Shown here: piece by piece, positions 31,135 through 42,450 of the stretch
Layout of the letters: each line of letters opens with the position of its first letter
Numbering within the stretch: position 1 is the first letter of the stretch
From: Nitrospinaceae bacterium
GTDB taxonomy: Bacteria; Nitrospinota; Nitrospinia; Nitrospinales; Nitrospinaceae
Length of the DNA stretch: 64,000 nt
NCBI GenBank assembly: GCA_965223665.1
Contig: OZ245011.1
Coordinates: forward strand, 2,304,001 to 2,368,000
Direction: 5' to 3'
Notes under the pieces: model-generated
Told to the model about the DNA's origin: nothing
Databases searched by the model: none
The model's input: the letters and a program-made list of their open reading frames with translations, nothing else
Translations under genes and position numbers: made by a program

Positions 31135-31497
31135 AGCTCAAATGAAGTTTTTTCTAAACAAGGGTACTGATTACTTCAAAAACAACTTTAAATTTCTCAA
31201 AGAAATTATACCAATTTATTACCTATAAGGTTCCAATAATTTAACACTAGTAAATAAGTAAAAACCAAAAATTAATTTTCTAAATTCCAATTAAATCTTG
31301 GCAAAATAAGTGTATCTGGTTGATTTTAGGGCAAATTAGTTTATAATACCTACTCGTTAAGATATCATCATGTTTAGCTCAAAGTATTAGATTTAACCAA
31401 AACAATGAGCCCCTTTGTTTCCCAACAAGTAACTTCTATGAACCTAGTTCGTTTATAAATAATTTTCCAAATTGGAGAGCACCAGAAAGGAAATCTT

Positions 31498-31965
31498 ATG
31501 AAAATATTGAAATGGTTTTTAATTTTATGGGCAATGGTATTTTTTGCGGGTTGTGCAACTCAAGGCGGTGGCACCTCTGGAAGTAGCAGTTCATCGGCGC
31601 CTGCGAGTACGTCTGCTGCCGCAGATTTTTCTAAAGGAGTTCGCATTGTTAAACCAGCGACCACCGCAACCGTACGAAGTCCTGTGGAAGTTTGCATGGA
31701 AACAAAGGGTTATACTGTAGAACCTGCAAAAAATGGAGTTAATGAAGGGAAAGGTCATCATCATTTAATCATTGATTCTGGATTACCAAATTTATCAAAT
31801 CCAATCCCTAAAGATTCAAATCATGTTCACATGGGAGATGGATCCAAATGTAAAAAGCTTGAATTGAGCAAAGGGTTCCATACAATTACTGCCCTATTTG
31901 CAAAAGGTAATCATGTTCCCTATAACCCTCCTGTCACCCATGGAATTATTGTTCAAGTTAAATAA
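31498..31965 (+). CDS. DUF4399-family lipoprotein
   Basis: Lipobox FAGC, Ser-rich linker, GHHHLIID, HMGDG, GFHTIT, HVPY. Confidence 0.8.
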   Translation: MKILKWFLILWAMVFFAGCATQGGGTSGSSSSSAPASTSAAADFSKGVRIVKPATTATVRSPVEVCMETKGYTVEPAKNGVNEGKGHHHLIIDSGLPNLSNPIPKDSNHVHMGDGSKCKKLELSKGFHTITALFAKGNHVPYNPPVTHGIIVQVK

Positions 31966-31987
31966 TTCCGTAACCTAAGGAGAAATT

Positions 31988-32185
31988 ATGAAATTGTCTT
32001 CAAAATTGATTTCGATTATTGCTTTAATTGCAATATTTGGTTGTGCCACCTCTCCCAACGGTGGAGGTTCAACCTCTCCCTCCAGCGGAAACTCTTCAAC
32101 TGCACAAAGCAGCAGTTCCGCAAAAAAGATGTTAACTGAAGATGATTACAAGCGAATAGGGATCAAGGAAACTGCAGGTAAGTAA
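31988..32185 (+). CDS. Small lipoprotein
   Basis: AAGGAG RBS; lipobox IFGC followed by a Ser/Gly-rich linker similar to the upstream gene. Confidence 0.7.
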   Translation: MKLSSKLISIIALIAIFGCATSPNGGGSTSPSSGNSSTAQSSSSAKKMLTEDDYKRIGIKETAGK

Positions 32186-32202
32186 AAATCGTTTAAATGG
32201 TT

Positions 32203-32241
32203 AAAAGGCATCAGAAAGTATTAATACTTTTTGATGCCTTT
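32203..32241. terminator. Probable bidirectional terminator between convergent genes
   Basis: Inverted repeat AAAAGGCATCAGAAAGTATT / AATACTTTTTGATGCCTTT with A/T flanks. Confidence 0.7.
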
Positions 32242-32936
32242 CATTTTTTTGAACCTAAAATTTGGGTCAATTGATTTAAATTGGGCAAAACGACATCCGC
32301 CATAGAAAAGTCGATCGACTCATTAAGGGGATTTTGAATTATGATGCATGGCATATTGGCTTGATGAGCTGCATTTAAGCCTTTTAACGCATCCTCCACT
32401 ACAACACATCTTCTTGGATCCAAACCAAGTTCTTTAGCCGCTTCAAGGAAAATATCCGGAAAAGGTTTTTCTCGTCGTGTTTTGGGACTTTTTCCTAAAA
32501 TTGTTTGCACTAAATTCTCAGCATTGGAGTGACGAAGAATTGCACGAATATCATGCTCCCATGAACCGGAAGCAATAGCGACTTTATATTCTTTACACAA
32601 TAGGTCTAAGAAATCTCGAGCATCGGGAAATAACGAAATTTCACCACTTTCACAATACCGGGAATATGCTTCAAATTTTTCTTGCCTCATCACCTGGGGA
32701 GTCACATTGAGCTTTAAATTATGACGTTCAATTTCACCCTGTATTCCAGTTCCCTTAGAAGTAAATTCCACCCAATATTCCTCCGGGTTCAAGGAATGTC
32801 CATATCGTTCGAATACTTGGTTATAAGCTTTATAATGAAATGGTTCAGAGTCGGCGATCAACCCATCAAAATCTAGAATAAATCCATCACATTTTGATAA
32901 AATAGATTGGAGTTTTTCAGAAGTTTCGGAATTCAT
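32241..32936 (-). CDS. HAD-superfamily phosphatase (beta-PGM/CbbY-like)
   Basis: DFDGLIADSE, IASGS, KPFPD, VVEDA. Confidence 0.9.
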   Translation of the reverse strand: MNSETSEKLQSILSKCDGFILDFDGLIADSEPFHYKAYNQVFERYGHSLNPEEYWVEFTSKGTGIQGEIERHNLKLNVTPQVMRQEKFEAYSRYCESGEISLFPDARDFLDLLCKEYKVAIASGSWEHDIRAILRHSNAENLVQTILGKSPKTRREKPFPDIFLEAAKELGLDPRRCVVVEDALKGLNAAHQANMPCIIIQNPLNESIDFSMADVVLPNLNQLTQILGSKK

Positions 32937-32970
32937 TGGCAGTGAAATTCAAAAAACAAGTTTTAGGGGA

Positions 32971-33636
32971 TTAATTATATACCGATTGGAAAATGCGACT
33001 CCATCGAACTCCAGAGTCTTCACTATCCCATGAAAAATAAATCCACTTTGCTTTACCTCTAATCTTATTGACATCAAGATACCCCCAAAAACGGCTGTCA
33101 TGGCTGTTTTCTCGATTATCTCCCATAACAAATACATATCCTTCAGGAACTCGAACAGGACCAAAATCGTCACGCTTCTCAATTCGCTCAATACTGGGCG
33201 GCTGAGTATGATGGGTATAAGCTTCCTGAATCGGTTTATCATTTATATAAACCTTTTGGTGTCGAATTTCTAATTTATCCCCAGGGAGTCCAATCACGCG
33301 TTTAATAAAATCTCGTGATTCATCCTCCGGGTATTTAAAAACTACTATGTCTTCTCTTTCAGGTGTCGTTTGAAAAAAAATGATGTCAGGAAAAATTTGC
33401 CAACCAAAGAAAATTATTTCATTGGGAACGTGTAGGCCATAGGCCATTTTATTGACCAAAAGGTGATCCCCAATTAACAAAGTCTCTTCCATAGAGCCTG
33501 AAGGTATTTTATAGGCTTGAATAAAAATTGATCTGATAAAAAGGGCCAGGAGAAACGCAATAAGAATTGCTTCTACCCATTCGCGAACCGTAGATTTTTT
33601 GGGTTTATTATGAATTTGAGAATTTTTATTTAACAT
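32971..33636 (-). CDS. lepB: Signal peptidase I
   Basis: [32 protein letters not shown]. Confidence 0.96.
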   Translation of the reverse strand: MLNKNSQIHNKPKKSTVREWVEAILIAFLLALFIRSIFIQAYKIPSGSMEETLLIGDHLLVNKMAYGLHVPNEIIFFGWQIFPDIIFFQTTPEREDIVVFKYPEDESRDFIKRVIGLPGDKLEIRHQKVYINDKPIQEAYTHHTQPPSIERIEKRDDFGPVRVPEGYVFVMGDNRENSHDSRFWGYLDVNKIRGKAKWIYFSWDSEDSGVRWSRIFQSVYN

Positions 33637-35428
33637 CAGTTCTTAGTACCGCGAGGAAGGCTTCTTGGGGAATTTCTACTCTTCCAATTTGCTTCATACG
33701 CTTTTTACCCGCTTTTTGTTTTTCCAACAGTTTTCTCTTTCGAGTAATATCTCCCCCATAACATTTAGCTAAAACATTTTTTCGAAGAGCTTTTACAGAT
33801 TCGCGGGCAACAACTTTACCACCAACAGAGGCTTGAATAGCAACCTCAAACATCTGTCGAGGAATTTGCTCCTTTAATTTTTTAACTAATTCCCGACCCC
33901 GGTAAAAAGCTTTATCCTTATGCACTATTGTTGAAAGTGCATCAACCACTTCACCGTTAAATAGGATATCTAACTTTACCAGATTTGAAGCTCGAAAATC
34001 TATAAATTCGTAATCAAAAGAAGCATAACCCCTGGTAGAGGATTTCAATTGGTCGTAAAAATCTAAAACAATTTCACTAAACGGCAAATCATATTGCAAC
34101 AAAACTGTTTTTGGAGTCAAATACTCCATTTTTTTTTGAATTCCCCTTCGTTCCCTTGTCAGGGACATAATAGTCCCAATATATTCCTCCGGAACAATTA
34201 TGGTTCCACAAACATAAGGTTCTTCCACCTTATCCGCTCTGGTTTGAGTTACCAGTTTTGAGGGATTGTCAATCAATTCCACTTCACCTTTTTCCGATAC
34301 CAATTTAAAAATTACCGTTGGTGCCGTTGTTAAGAGATCTACACCATATTCTCTCTCTAAACGCTCTCTTACAATTTCCATATGCAACAAACCCAAAAAT
34401 CCACATCTAAAACCAAAACCTAAAGCAGCGGAGGTTTCCGGTTCATAGGTAAAGGAAGAATCATTCAGGGTCAACTTCTTTAAAGCATCCCTTAAAGGTT
34501 CATATTGATCTCCAACAATGGGATAAAGACCACTAAACACCATAGGTTTTACATCTTTATACCCTGGTAAAGGTTCCAAACAAGGGTCTTTTCCATTAGT
34601 AATGGTGTCCCCTATCTTGGTTTGATCCAGTTGCTTGATTCCAGCAATCACATAACCTACCTCACCTGCTTGCAATTTATTGATGGATTTTGGGGCAGGT
34701 GTGAATGTTCCAATTTCTTCCACCTCAAACCGTTTATTAGTTGCCATCATTAAAATTTCCATTCCCTTTTCGATAGTTCCTTCCATAACCCGGATCAGAA
34801 CAATGACACCTTTATAAGGATCATACCAGGCATCAAACAAAAGAGCTTTTAAAGGGGCTTCAAAATTTCCCTTTGGTGGTGGAATCAAAGAAATTACGGA
34901 CTCTAAAATTTCTTCCATCCCCATACCTTCCTTCGCACTTGCGAGAACTGCATCACTGGAGTCAATTTGAAGAATATCTTCCAGTTGCTCTTTCACGTTA
35001 TCTGGGTCTGCACTTGGTAAATCAATTTTGTTGATCACTGGAATAATTGCTAAATCATGTTGCATTGCCAGGTTTACATTTGCAATGGTCTGAGCTTGAA
35101 TACCCTGGGAAGCATCTACAACCAACAAGACTCCCTCGCATGCTGCAAGACTCCTGGAGACCTCATAGGAAAAGTCCACATGGCCGGGAGTGTCAATCAT
35201 GTTTAATGCGTATTGTTCTCCGTTTTTAGATTTATATTGAAGTCTAACGGTTTGAGCTTTGATAGTAATGCCCCGTTCCCTTTCTAAATCCATGGTATCC
35301 AGAACCTGGTCCTTCATCTCCCGTTTTTGAAGTGCCCCAGTCTTTAAAATCAATTTATCGGCCAAGGTAGATTTACCATGGTCAATATGGGCAATAATTG
35401 AAAAGTTTCTTAATTTAATTTTCGACAT
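33626..35428 (-). CDS. lepA: Elongation factor 4 (LepA)
   Basis: [39 protein letters not shown]. Confidence 0.98.
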   Translation of the reverse strand: MSKIKLRNFSIIAHIDHGKSTLADKLILKTGALQKREMKDQVLDTMDLERERGITIKAQTVRLQYKSKNGEQYALNMIDTPGHVDFSYEVSRSLAACEGVLLVVDASQGIQAQTIANVNLAMQHDLAIIPVINKIDLPSADPDNVKEQLEDILQIDSSDAVLASAKEGMGMEEILESVISLIPPPKGNFEAPLKALLFDAWYDPYKGVIVLIRVMEGTIEKGMEILMMATNKRFEVEEIGTFTPAPKSINKLQAGEVGYVIAGIKQLDQTKIGDTITNGKDPCLEPLPGYKDVKPMVFSGLYPIVGDQYEPLRDALKKLTLNDSSFTYEPETSAALGFGFRCGFLGLLHMEIVRERLEREYGVDLLTTAPTVIFKLVSEKGEVELIDNPSKLVTQTRADKVEEPYVCGTIIVPEEYIGTIMSLTRERRGIQKKMEYLTPKTVLLQYDLPFSEIVLDFYDQLKSSTRGYASFDYEFIDFRASNLVKLDILFNGEVVDALSTIVHKDKAFYRGRELVKKLKEQIPRQMFEVAIQASVGGKVVARESVKALRKNVLAKCYGGDITRKRKLLEKQKAGKKRMKQIGRVEIPQEAFLAVLRTDVK

Positions 35429-35519
35429 AACAAGTACTATTTAAATACAACTGAAGAAAAGGATTTGAGGGCTAGATCAAACCACTTAACTTAACAGAAG
35501 ATTAAAAAATTAATTCGAT

Positions 35520-36587
35520 TTAACTGGCAATTTCTGTTTTGATCTCTGACAAAGAAGCTGTTGGGGATGTATTTGCCGGGGAGGGTTCTCGTGGCATCTT
35601 TCGGAGTCCGCCTTCTGGCAGAGGGAACCGTTCATTTAACCGAGCTAAATATTCTTTCCAATTCTTAAACTGAACCTTTATAGCTTCAAAATCCTTAACA
35701 TTATCAATATCCATAGCCGCCCCAGGAAAAGGAACCTCTAGGCCGGTAAATCGGGTATTCATAATACTGGAAATACAAGTTTCCAACTCTTTTTTGGGAA
35801 CCAAAGCCCTTACCCAATTATTCAAAAATTCCAACTTTAACCTGGACAGTATCAATCCCAGCATGAGACCAATATAATATCGATAGCGTACTATTTTATC
35901 TTTTCCAATTAACTCAATTCCAAATAACACAACGTTTTTTAAATTTCTAAGATAACGGAATTGGTACATTTGTTGAATGTAATGACGATTCCGAATTTTT
36001 ACAGGTCTTACTAAATGAAGATTATTGATTCGACAATTTTTTTCTTTTAAGTGTAAATAAGCCATTTTTATCCCCGGAATTCCTTTTTGGGGGTAGAAGG
36101 GCCGTAAGGCATCCTCCGGAGTCAATCCCAAAACATAATCATATTTCTTCATATTTGCATGATTTATAAAATAATCAATTTCATGGGATGTAATTAATGG
36201 GGAATCACAAGGAACGACCAGAACCACTTTATCTTTATGTATTGAATTTTCCAAACTTTTATCATCCACTAGCTTTCCCAAAGTCTGTTTAAAGGTAAAC
36301 CATACGTTTTCAAACAAATTTTTCTTCTGTTCGCATACAAATATTTTCTTTGGATATTCCAGGTTAATCGCATCTTCTCTAAAATTTTGAAGAATGGATT
36401 CTCTTGGACCTACCACATAAATGTTGTTTACGAATTTCGCTCCTTGCAAACTCTCAAGCACATGGGTAATTACACACTTTCCTTCCAAACGGAGGAAAGC
36501 CTTGTGTTGGTCATAAACCTGGTAACTATTTTTACCTTCACCGGCTACTAATATGACATCGTATTTTTTTTCAGGTGTTGCAAACAT
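35520..36587 (-). CDS. MobA-like NTP transferase domain protein
   Basis: VILVAG...KAFL, VPCDSPL, MDIDN. Confidence 0.7.
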   Translation of the reverse strand: MFATPEKKYDVILVAGEGKNSYQVYDQHKAFLRLEGKCVITHVLESLQGAKFVNNIYVVGPRESILQNFREDAINLEYPKKIFVCEQKKNLFENVWFTFKQTLGKLVDDKSLENSIHKDKVVLVVPCDSPLITSHEIDYFINHANMKKYDYVLGLTPEDALRPFYPQKGIPGIKMAYLHLKEKNCRINNLHLVRPVKIRNRHYIQQMYQFRYLRNLKNVVLFGIELIGKDKIVRYRYYIGLMLGLILSRLKLEFLNNWVRALVPKKELETCISSIMNTRFTGLEVPFPGAAMDIDNVKDFEAIKVQFKNWKEYLARLNERFPLPEGGLRKMPREPSPANTSPTASLSEIKTEIAS

Positions 36588-36779
36588 ATCCGTTACAAAA
36601 AATTGTTTTCCATATTATTATATATACTAATTGGATTAATAAGCAAAAGAAGGTTTTTGCAGAAAACGCCCTATTTTAATAAGAAATGAAATCGATTACC
36701 ACTCGCTTTCTTAAAATTTTAATGCTAAATTTTAAAATCATCCTCATAATAACAATTAAATCAACAATTATTAGCAATA

Positions 36780-37895
36780 ATGGCTTCAAATAATCAGTTA
36801 AAATCTACTCCCCTTTTAGAAGTTCATAAAAAGTTAAATGCCAAGCTGGTTCCTTTTGCAGGATGGGAAATGCCAATCCAATATGAAGGAGTTAAGGCGG
36901 AGCATTTAGCAGTCCGGAATGGTGTGGGTATTTTTGATGTCAGCCATATGGGAGAAATTGATATCAAAGGACCAGATGCTCAAAAGTTTATTCAATACCT
37001 TATAACTAATGATATTGAAAAATTGATAGATGGTGGAATTCTTTATACTTTAATGTGTTATGAAAGTGGTGGGGTTGTGGACGATCTTTTAGTTCATAGA
37101 TATTCGCAAAATCATTACTTTTTATGTGTTAATGCGGCAAATACAGATAAGGATTTTGATTGGATCCAAAAAAATTCACAAAATTTTGATGTCCAAATTG
37201 AAAATATCAGTCCCGATATTGTTCAATTAGCAATTCAGGGTGCACCTGCGGAGAATCTATTGCAAAAACTTAGTGATATTCCTTTGAACAAAATCCATTA
37301 CTATAATTTTAATCAGGGAAAAATTTGTGGTGTGAATTGTCTATTTGCCCGAACCGGATATACAGGCGAAGATGGATTTGAGATATACTTTGAAGCAGGT
37401 CAAGGAATAAATATTTTCGAAAAAATTATGGAAGAAGGTAAAGCATTTAATTTAAAACCGATTGGGCTTGGAGCACGGGATACCTTAAGATTGGAAATGG
37501 GCTATGCTCTTTATGGCAATGAAATCAATTCAGAGTCCAATCCTTTAGAGGCTCGTTTAGGTTGGGTCATAAAATTAAATAAACCTGATGATTTTATTGG
37601 CAAGGAATCTTTAAAGCAAAAAAAGGCTGCAGGGACTAAAAAAAGACTGACTGCAATTCGACTTTTAGAAAGAGGGGTACCACGTTCTCATTATCCTATT
37701 GTATCCGATGGAAAGGTGGTTGGCGAAATTACCAGCGGAACTTATTCTCCTTGTTTGGATTATGGAGTGGCTATAGGTTATGTACCGGTTGAACACTCAA
37801 AGAAAGGAACTCCACTTCAAATAAGAATTCGAAACCAAGACGTTTCCGCAGAAGTGGCGGAACTTCCATTTGTGCCCAGTCAGGTAAAAAATTAA
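36780..37895 (+). CDS. gcvT: Glycine cleavage system T protein (aminomethyltransferase)
   Basis: [36 protein letters not shown]. Confidence 0.97.
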   Translation: MASNNQLKSTPLLEVHKKLNAKLVPFAGWEMPIQYEGVKAEHLAVRNGVGIFDVSHMGEIDIKGPDAQKFIQYLITNDIEKLIDGGILYTLMCYESGGVVDDLLVHRYSQNHYFLCVNAANTDKDFDWIQKNSQNFDVQIENISPDIVQLAIQGAPAENLLQKLSDIPLNKIHYYNFNQGKICGVNCLFARTGYTGEDGFEIYFEAGQGINIFEKIMEEGKAFNLKPIGLGARDTLRLEMGYALYGNEINSESNPLEARLGWVIKLNKPDDFIGKESLKQKKAAGTKKRLTAIRLLERGVPRSHYPIVSDGKVVGEITSGTYSPCLDYGVAIGYVPVEHSKKGTPLQIRIRNQDVSAEVAELPFVPSQVKN

Positions 37896-37992
37896 ACTCA
37901 ATCAGAATATTTCGAAAAATATACTTTACATCAATATTAATTTGTTTCTAATGGGTTTGCTGAGAAACATTTCATTAGATTAAAGGAGGTCA

Positions 37993-38382
37993 ATGATGGA
38001 GATCCCTAAAGATCTTCGATATACCCGGGAACATGAATGGATTCGTATTGAGGGCAACAAAGGGAAAATAGGAATTACTTCATTTGCCCAAGAACAGTTA
38101 GGCGATGTTGTATTTGTCGAACTTCCTAAAGAAGGCGCAGAATTAGCTCAGGAAAAAGAATTCGGTGTTATTGAATCAGTAAAAACCGTTTCTGATTTAT
38201 TTTCTCCTTGTAATGGAAAAGTCGTTGCAACAAATAAAGAACTAGAAACCAAACCCGAGCTTGTAAATCAAGATCCTTACGGAGAGGGATGGATCATCGA
38301 AGTAGAAATTCCGGATGCAAGTTCATTAGATCACCTTCTTTCTGCTGAAGATTATGAATCCTTTCTTAAAGATCAATCTTAA
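37993..38382 (+). CDS. gcvH: Glycine cleavage system H protein
   Basis: HEW, LGDVVFVELP, lipoyl-Lys ESVK, DPYGEGW. Confidence 0.97.
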   Translation: MMEIPKDLRYTREHEWIRIEGNKGKIGITSFAQEQLGDVVFVELPKEGAELAQEKEFGVIESVKTVSDLFSPCNGKVVATNKELETKPELVNQDPYGEGWIIEVEIPDASSLDHLLSAEDYESFLKDQS

Positions 38383-38396
38383 ATAAAGGTTATTTC

Positions 38397-39746
38397 ATGC
38401 GTTACATCCCACACACAGAATCTGATATTCAGGAAATGCTTTCCTCTATCGGCATTGAAAAAGTAGAAGAACTTTTTCAGAGTATTCCAAAGTCTCTTAG
38501 GCTGGAACGACCTTTAAACCTTCCGTCCGCATTACCAGAGGCAAATTTAGTACAAACTCTAAAACGGATGGAGAACCGCAACCTAAATACTGAGGATTAT
38601 TCTATTTTACTTGGTGCGGGCGCTTATCGACATTTTACTCCTTCTATTGTTAATCATTTAATTTTAAGGGGAGAATTCTCAACCTGCTACACGCCCTACC
38701 AACCCGAAGTCAGCCAGGGAACGCTACAAGCTATATTTGAATTCCAGAGTTTAGTAAGCATGCTGATGGGAATGGATATCGCCAATGCTTCTTTGTACGA
38801 TGGTTCCACCGCCCTGGCAGAAGCCATTTTGATGGCAGAAAGAGTAACAGGAGGAGACCATTATCTAATTGCAAACTCAGTCCACCCGGAATACCGTGAA
38901 GTAGTAAAAACTTACACTCGTGGAACTGCTATACAATCTAAAGAAATTTCCTTTGGAGAAAATGGACAAACTGACCTAAATTCAATAAAAGATCAAATCA
39001 CCGACCAAACTATGGCTGTAGTACTCCAAAGCCCAAATTTTTTTGGAGTTATTGAAGAATATCAGGAGTTGGGAGAATTTTTAAAAAATACCAAGACTCT
39101 TTTAATTGTAGTAGTCACAGAGACAACTTCCCTGGGAATATTAAAACCGCCAGGTGAACGAGGGGCGGATATCGCTGTTGGTGAAGGTCAGGCACTGGGG
39201 TTACCTGTCTCTTATGGAGGGCCCTATGTTGGTCTATTTGCGTGCCGCGAAAAATTTTTTCGCCAAGTCCCAGGTCGAATCGTGGGACAAACCCTTGATC
39301 GAAATGGCAAACGTGCTTATGCTTTAACCCTGGCGACAAGAGAACAGCACATTCGTCGAGAAAAAGCGACGTCGAATATATGTACTAATCAGGGTTTATG
39401 TGCTTTAGCGGTTACAATTTATTTGACTCTAATGGGAAAACAGGGGATGAGAGAATTAGCTATTCAAAATTTAAAACATGCGGATTATCTAAAAAATCGT
39501 TTGGCTAAAATTCCTCAATTCAAAATTAAATTCTCAGGAGATACCTATAATGAATTTGTATTAGAATGTCCGGTTTCTGCAAAGCAGGTTCAGGACCAAC
39601 TGTTGCAGGAAAAAATTGTAGCAGGTTTGCCGTTAGGAGATTTTTATCCAAACCTAGAAAACTGTTTACTGGTTTGTGCCACAGAACTCACGTCTCAAGA
39701 TGAGATGGATCGTTTTTTGGATCGATTGGCGGCGCATGACTTTTAA
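38397..39746 (+). CDS. gcvPA: Glycine dehydrogenase subunit 1
   Basis: MRYIPHT, YTPYQPEVSQG, NASLYDG, REQHIRREKATSNICTNQ. Confidence 0.95.
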   Translation: MRYIPHTESDIQEMLSSIGIEKVEELFQSIPKSLRLERPLNLPSALPEANLVQTLKRMENRNLNTEDYSILLGAGAYRHFTPSIVNHLILRGEFSTCYTPYQPEVSQGTLQAIFEFQSLVSMLMGMDIANASLYDGSTALAEAILMAERVTGGDHYLIANSVHPEYREVVKTYTRGTAIQSKEISFGENGQTDLNSIKDQITDQTMAVVLQSPNFFGVIEEYQELGEFLKNTKTLLIVVVTETTSLGILKPPGERGADIAVGEGQALGLPVSYGGPYVGLFACREKFFRQVPGRIVGQTLDRNGKRAYALTLATREQHIRREKATSNICTNQGLCALAVTIYLTLMGKQGMRELAIQNLKHADYLKNRLAKIPQFKIKFSGDTYNEFVLECPVSAKQVQDQLLQEKIVAGLPLGDFYPNLENCLLVCATELTSQDEMDRFLDRLAAHDF

Positions 39747-42255
39747 ACAAACCTTCTTCTACCTCCGAATAATATTTTAAATCTTTTTTTACTTGTCTAA
39801 ACCGCATCCATAAATATGAAAATACAATTACACCTATAAAAAGAAGAGCTGTTAAATTAAAAACAATATCGATGTATAACGTTTCAGGTTCATTAAATAA
39901 ATTCTGAAGATAATTTACGACACTTTCTAGCCCAGGGGCCTTAAAATGCAATAAAAGCCCCAACAAAACAGGCAACGAGGCCAAAAATACCACTGGCAAA
40001 TCAACATCTTTAAACGATTCCTTAAGAATCGGTTCTTCTTCCTTAATTTCTTTTGTTTTAAAATCCAACAAAACTCCATAGAAAAAAATAATAAATAAAG
40101 GAACAATTAAAATGACAATCGTTTTAAGCCACTCCATATGAACTTCTACATGAAAAAGCAACGAAAACGAAATTCCTGAAAACAAGATCAAAAGAATGGG
40201 TACGGTAGCCAATATTCTTTTAAATTTAGTGCCCTCCATTTTTCTCACTTCATAAGGTTTCGGATCTCTTCCTAATCTTTCACGAATCTCTCCCCAATAG
40301 CTTTCCGCCTTAAGCCTTAATGTCTGCCGCCACCAAACCAGAAGATCAATTAATTTCCTTCCAACCCAACAGGTCCCAACAAAAATAACAGTTGCTAAAA
40401 CCGCACTGTGCTTGCTATCCGCATAAATGGCCCATGTAAAAGTAAAAAAATCAGCTAACAAAATAATGCAGGGAATCATCCAATAATTAATTTTTATAAC
40501 TTTCCTGTAAACATCGTTGGAAAACCATTTTGGAGGATTGGGTTGTGCTGTTTTATGGTTATCAACCGCGTAATGGATGATCCTTTTAAATAACTTGAGA
40601 TCATTCCAATATTTCATGTGGGCGGCCCCTGGCGCGGGGTATCGGTTAAAGACAATATCTTCCATAGGCTGAAAAAGGTTTTTAAAAGCGGGTGTCCCTC
40701 GTGCCACCTCTAATTGATGGCCCACTGGATCTTGCTCGTCGCAATAATTATATTGACGAATTTTTCTAGGATTCTCTATTCTTTGATTATTCTTCCCTTT
40801 AAGAAATCTCCTTCCAACGGAGTTATCTTGCAGATATTTATAGTTAAGCCACCACATCACTAAAAATTTATCGATTGGAGAACCCAACGTTACAAAAGAA
40901 TCTACTCGATTGATCCAATCCGTGTCTAAATATCCTAAATCCTTTTTAATATTCTTCCAGCGAATCCTTTCATCTTCAGATAGCTTATTGGAATTATTTT
41001 TCCTCTTTAACTCAAAATAGTTTTGAATTTCCTCTGGATCTTCATCAATGTATCCAGGGAATGGAATATTAGAAGTAGAGGTATCGTTAAAACTTTGTGC
41101 TCTTAAGATAGGATCAACTGTGGCATACATCAAAGCATCTAAACTCATTACAGTACCTAAACTGTGGGCTATAATTGTATATTTAGGACAAGATTTTTGA
41201 TCCTCTGGAAGACCTCTTTCTAATTTTTCATGTGTCTGTTCTATGAGAGCCATTAAACGGTGAAAACGACGTGCAGCTTTGCCGCGAATTCTAGGAAACT
41301 CCCCATAGAGTTGCACATCTCCTAGAAATTGATTGAATACCATTTCCTCTATTTTTTTTATGCGAAAAGACATAACCTTCCGCAAAAAAATTAAGGTGTT
41401 TGCCAGGTTTTCCAATGTTTTTAATACCCAAAAGGGAACCGGGACCAAATTAGACAAGGGGTAAGCAAAGTTAATTTCTAACGAAATATCTGCGAATAAT
41501 TTAATTAGCCGAGAAAAAACATCAACCGTATTTTTATCTGAAGGATTTGCTGCAGATAGATCACTTGAAATACTTTTTAGTTCTAAAATCCAATCATCAA
41601 TGTTTAAATTAGGCTTTTCATTTTTAAAGTTAATAATAAAATATTTTAGTCGGTTCGAAATATTTAAGGCAGATGCGATTTCTTCTTTAGTAAATTGTTC
41701 ATTGTTGGCTATTCGTTTTTTCCATTTAAGTACATTTTTTCTCCAATTAATAAAAAACGATTTTCTTTGAATTCGGCCTAATAAACCGTTAGCCCATATT
41801 TCAACTGGTTGGCCCACAGATATCCAATTCCCCTTTAAGATATCTGCCCAGCACATATCTACAAATCTTAAGTTCTCTCCATTTTTTGATGCATCTCCCA
41901 AAAAAGGCTGTGATTTAATATGGTCTAAAGGATCCCCTTCAACAGATTTTTGAGGAATACCTTCAAATTCCATCCAGGGTGTAAACATGTTTCTTTTGGG
42001 GGGAATACGACAAACAAAGTTAGCCTCATCGGTGCCTGTTTGACCCGTCGCACGGCCGAGGGTAAGTATTTCGCTAAGGTCTTTGGGATTAAGGTCTCTC
42101 CGGGCTTCAGCAAAACGGTTGACCACACTGAGGACAGTCTCGTTTTTTCTTTGGTCCCCTATTCCGTGCACAACAACAATGTAATGAGTGTACTTTTGAG
42201 TAGTGGGATCCTCATCTTGGATTCCCTTTATTTCCTTATTCATTTTCTCATCCAT
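39688..42255 (-). CDS. Large membrane protein with an alpha/beta-hydrolase (lipase-like) domain and C-terminal TM bundle
   Basis: VHGIGDQ, nucleophile elbow AHSLG, TLGSP, DPVG and AH; about 6 hydrophobic helices at the C-terminus. Confidence 0.7.
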   Translation of the reverse strand: MDEKMNKEIKGIQDEDPTTQKYTHYIVVVHGIGDQRKNETVLSVVNRFAEARRDLNPKDLSEILTLGRATGQTGTDEANFVCRIPPKRNMFTPWMEFEGIPQKSVEGDPLDHIKSQPFLGDASKNGENLRFVDMCWADILKGNWISVGQPVEIWANGLLGRIQRKSFFINWRKNVLKWKKRIANNEQFTKEEIASALNISNRLKYFIINFKNEKPNLNIDDWILELKSISSDLSAANPSDKNTVDVFSRLIKLFADISLEINFAYPLSNLVPVPFWVLKTLENLANTLIFLRKVMSFRIKKIEEMVFNQFLGDVQLYGEFPRIRGKAARRFHRLMALIEQTHEKLERGLPEDQKSCPKYTIIAHSLGTVMSLDALMYATVDPILRAQSFNDTSTSNIPFPGYIDEDPEEIQNYFELKRKNNSNKLSEDERIRWKNIKKDLGYLDTDWINRVDSFVTLGSPIDKFLVMWWLNYKYLQDNSVGRRFLKGKNNQRIENPRKIRQYNYCDEQDPVGHQLEVARGTPAFKNLFQPMEDIVFNRYPAPGAAHMKYWNDLKLFKRIIHYAVDNHKTAQPNPPKWFSNDVYRKVIKINYWMIPCIILLADFFTFTWAIYADSKHSAVLATVIFVGTCWVGRKLIDLLVWWRQTLRLKAESYWGEIRERLGRDPKPYEVRKMEGTKFKRILATVPILLILFSGISFSLLFHVEVHMEWLKTIVILIVPLFIIFFYGVLLDFKTKEIKEEEPILKESFKDVDLPVVFLASLPVLLGLLLHFKAPGLESVVNYLQNLFNEPETLYIDIVFNLTALLFIGVIVFSYLWMRFRQVKKDLKYYSEVEEGLFKSHAPPIDPKNDPSHLET

Positions 42256-42450
42256 TTTGTTACCGCCCCTCTATTTTGAGAAAACCCCCTTAAAGTCATT
42301 TTTACAATTTTGACTTTAGTAATTCTCCCCACAACATCATTCAAATTAAAGGTGTATTGAAAATATTGGAAAAGCTATACGAATTGTATTCGTAATTAAA
42401 ATAAAATCAAAAGAATTTTGAAGGGGATTGGTTTGATCAGAAATTATTTT

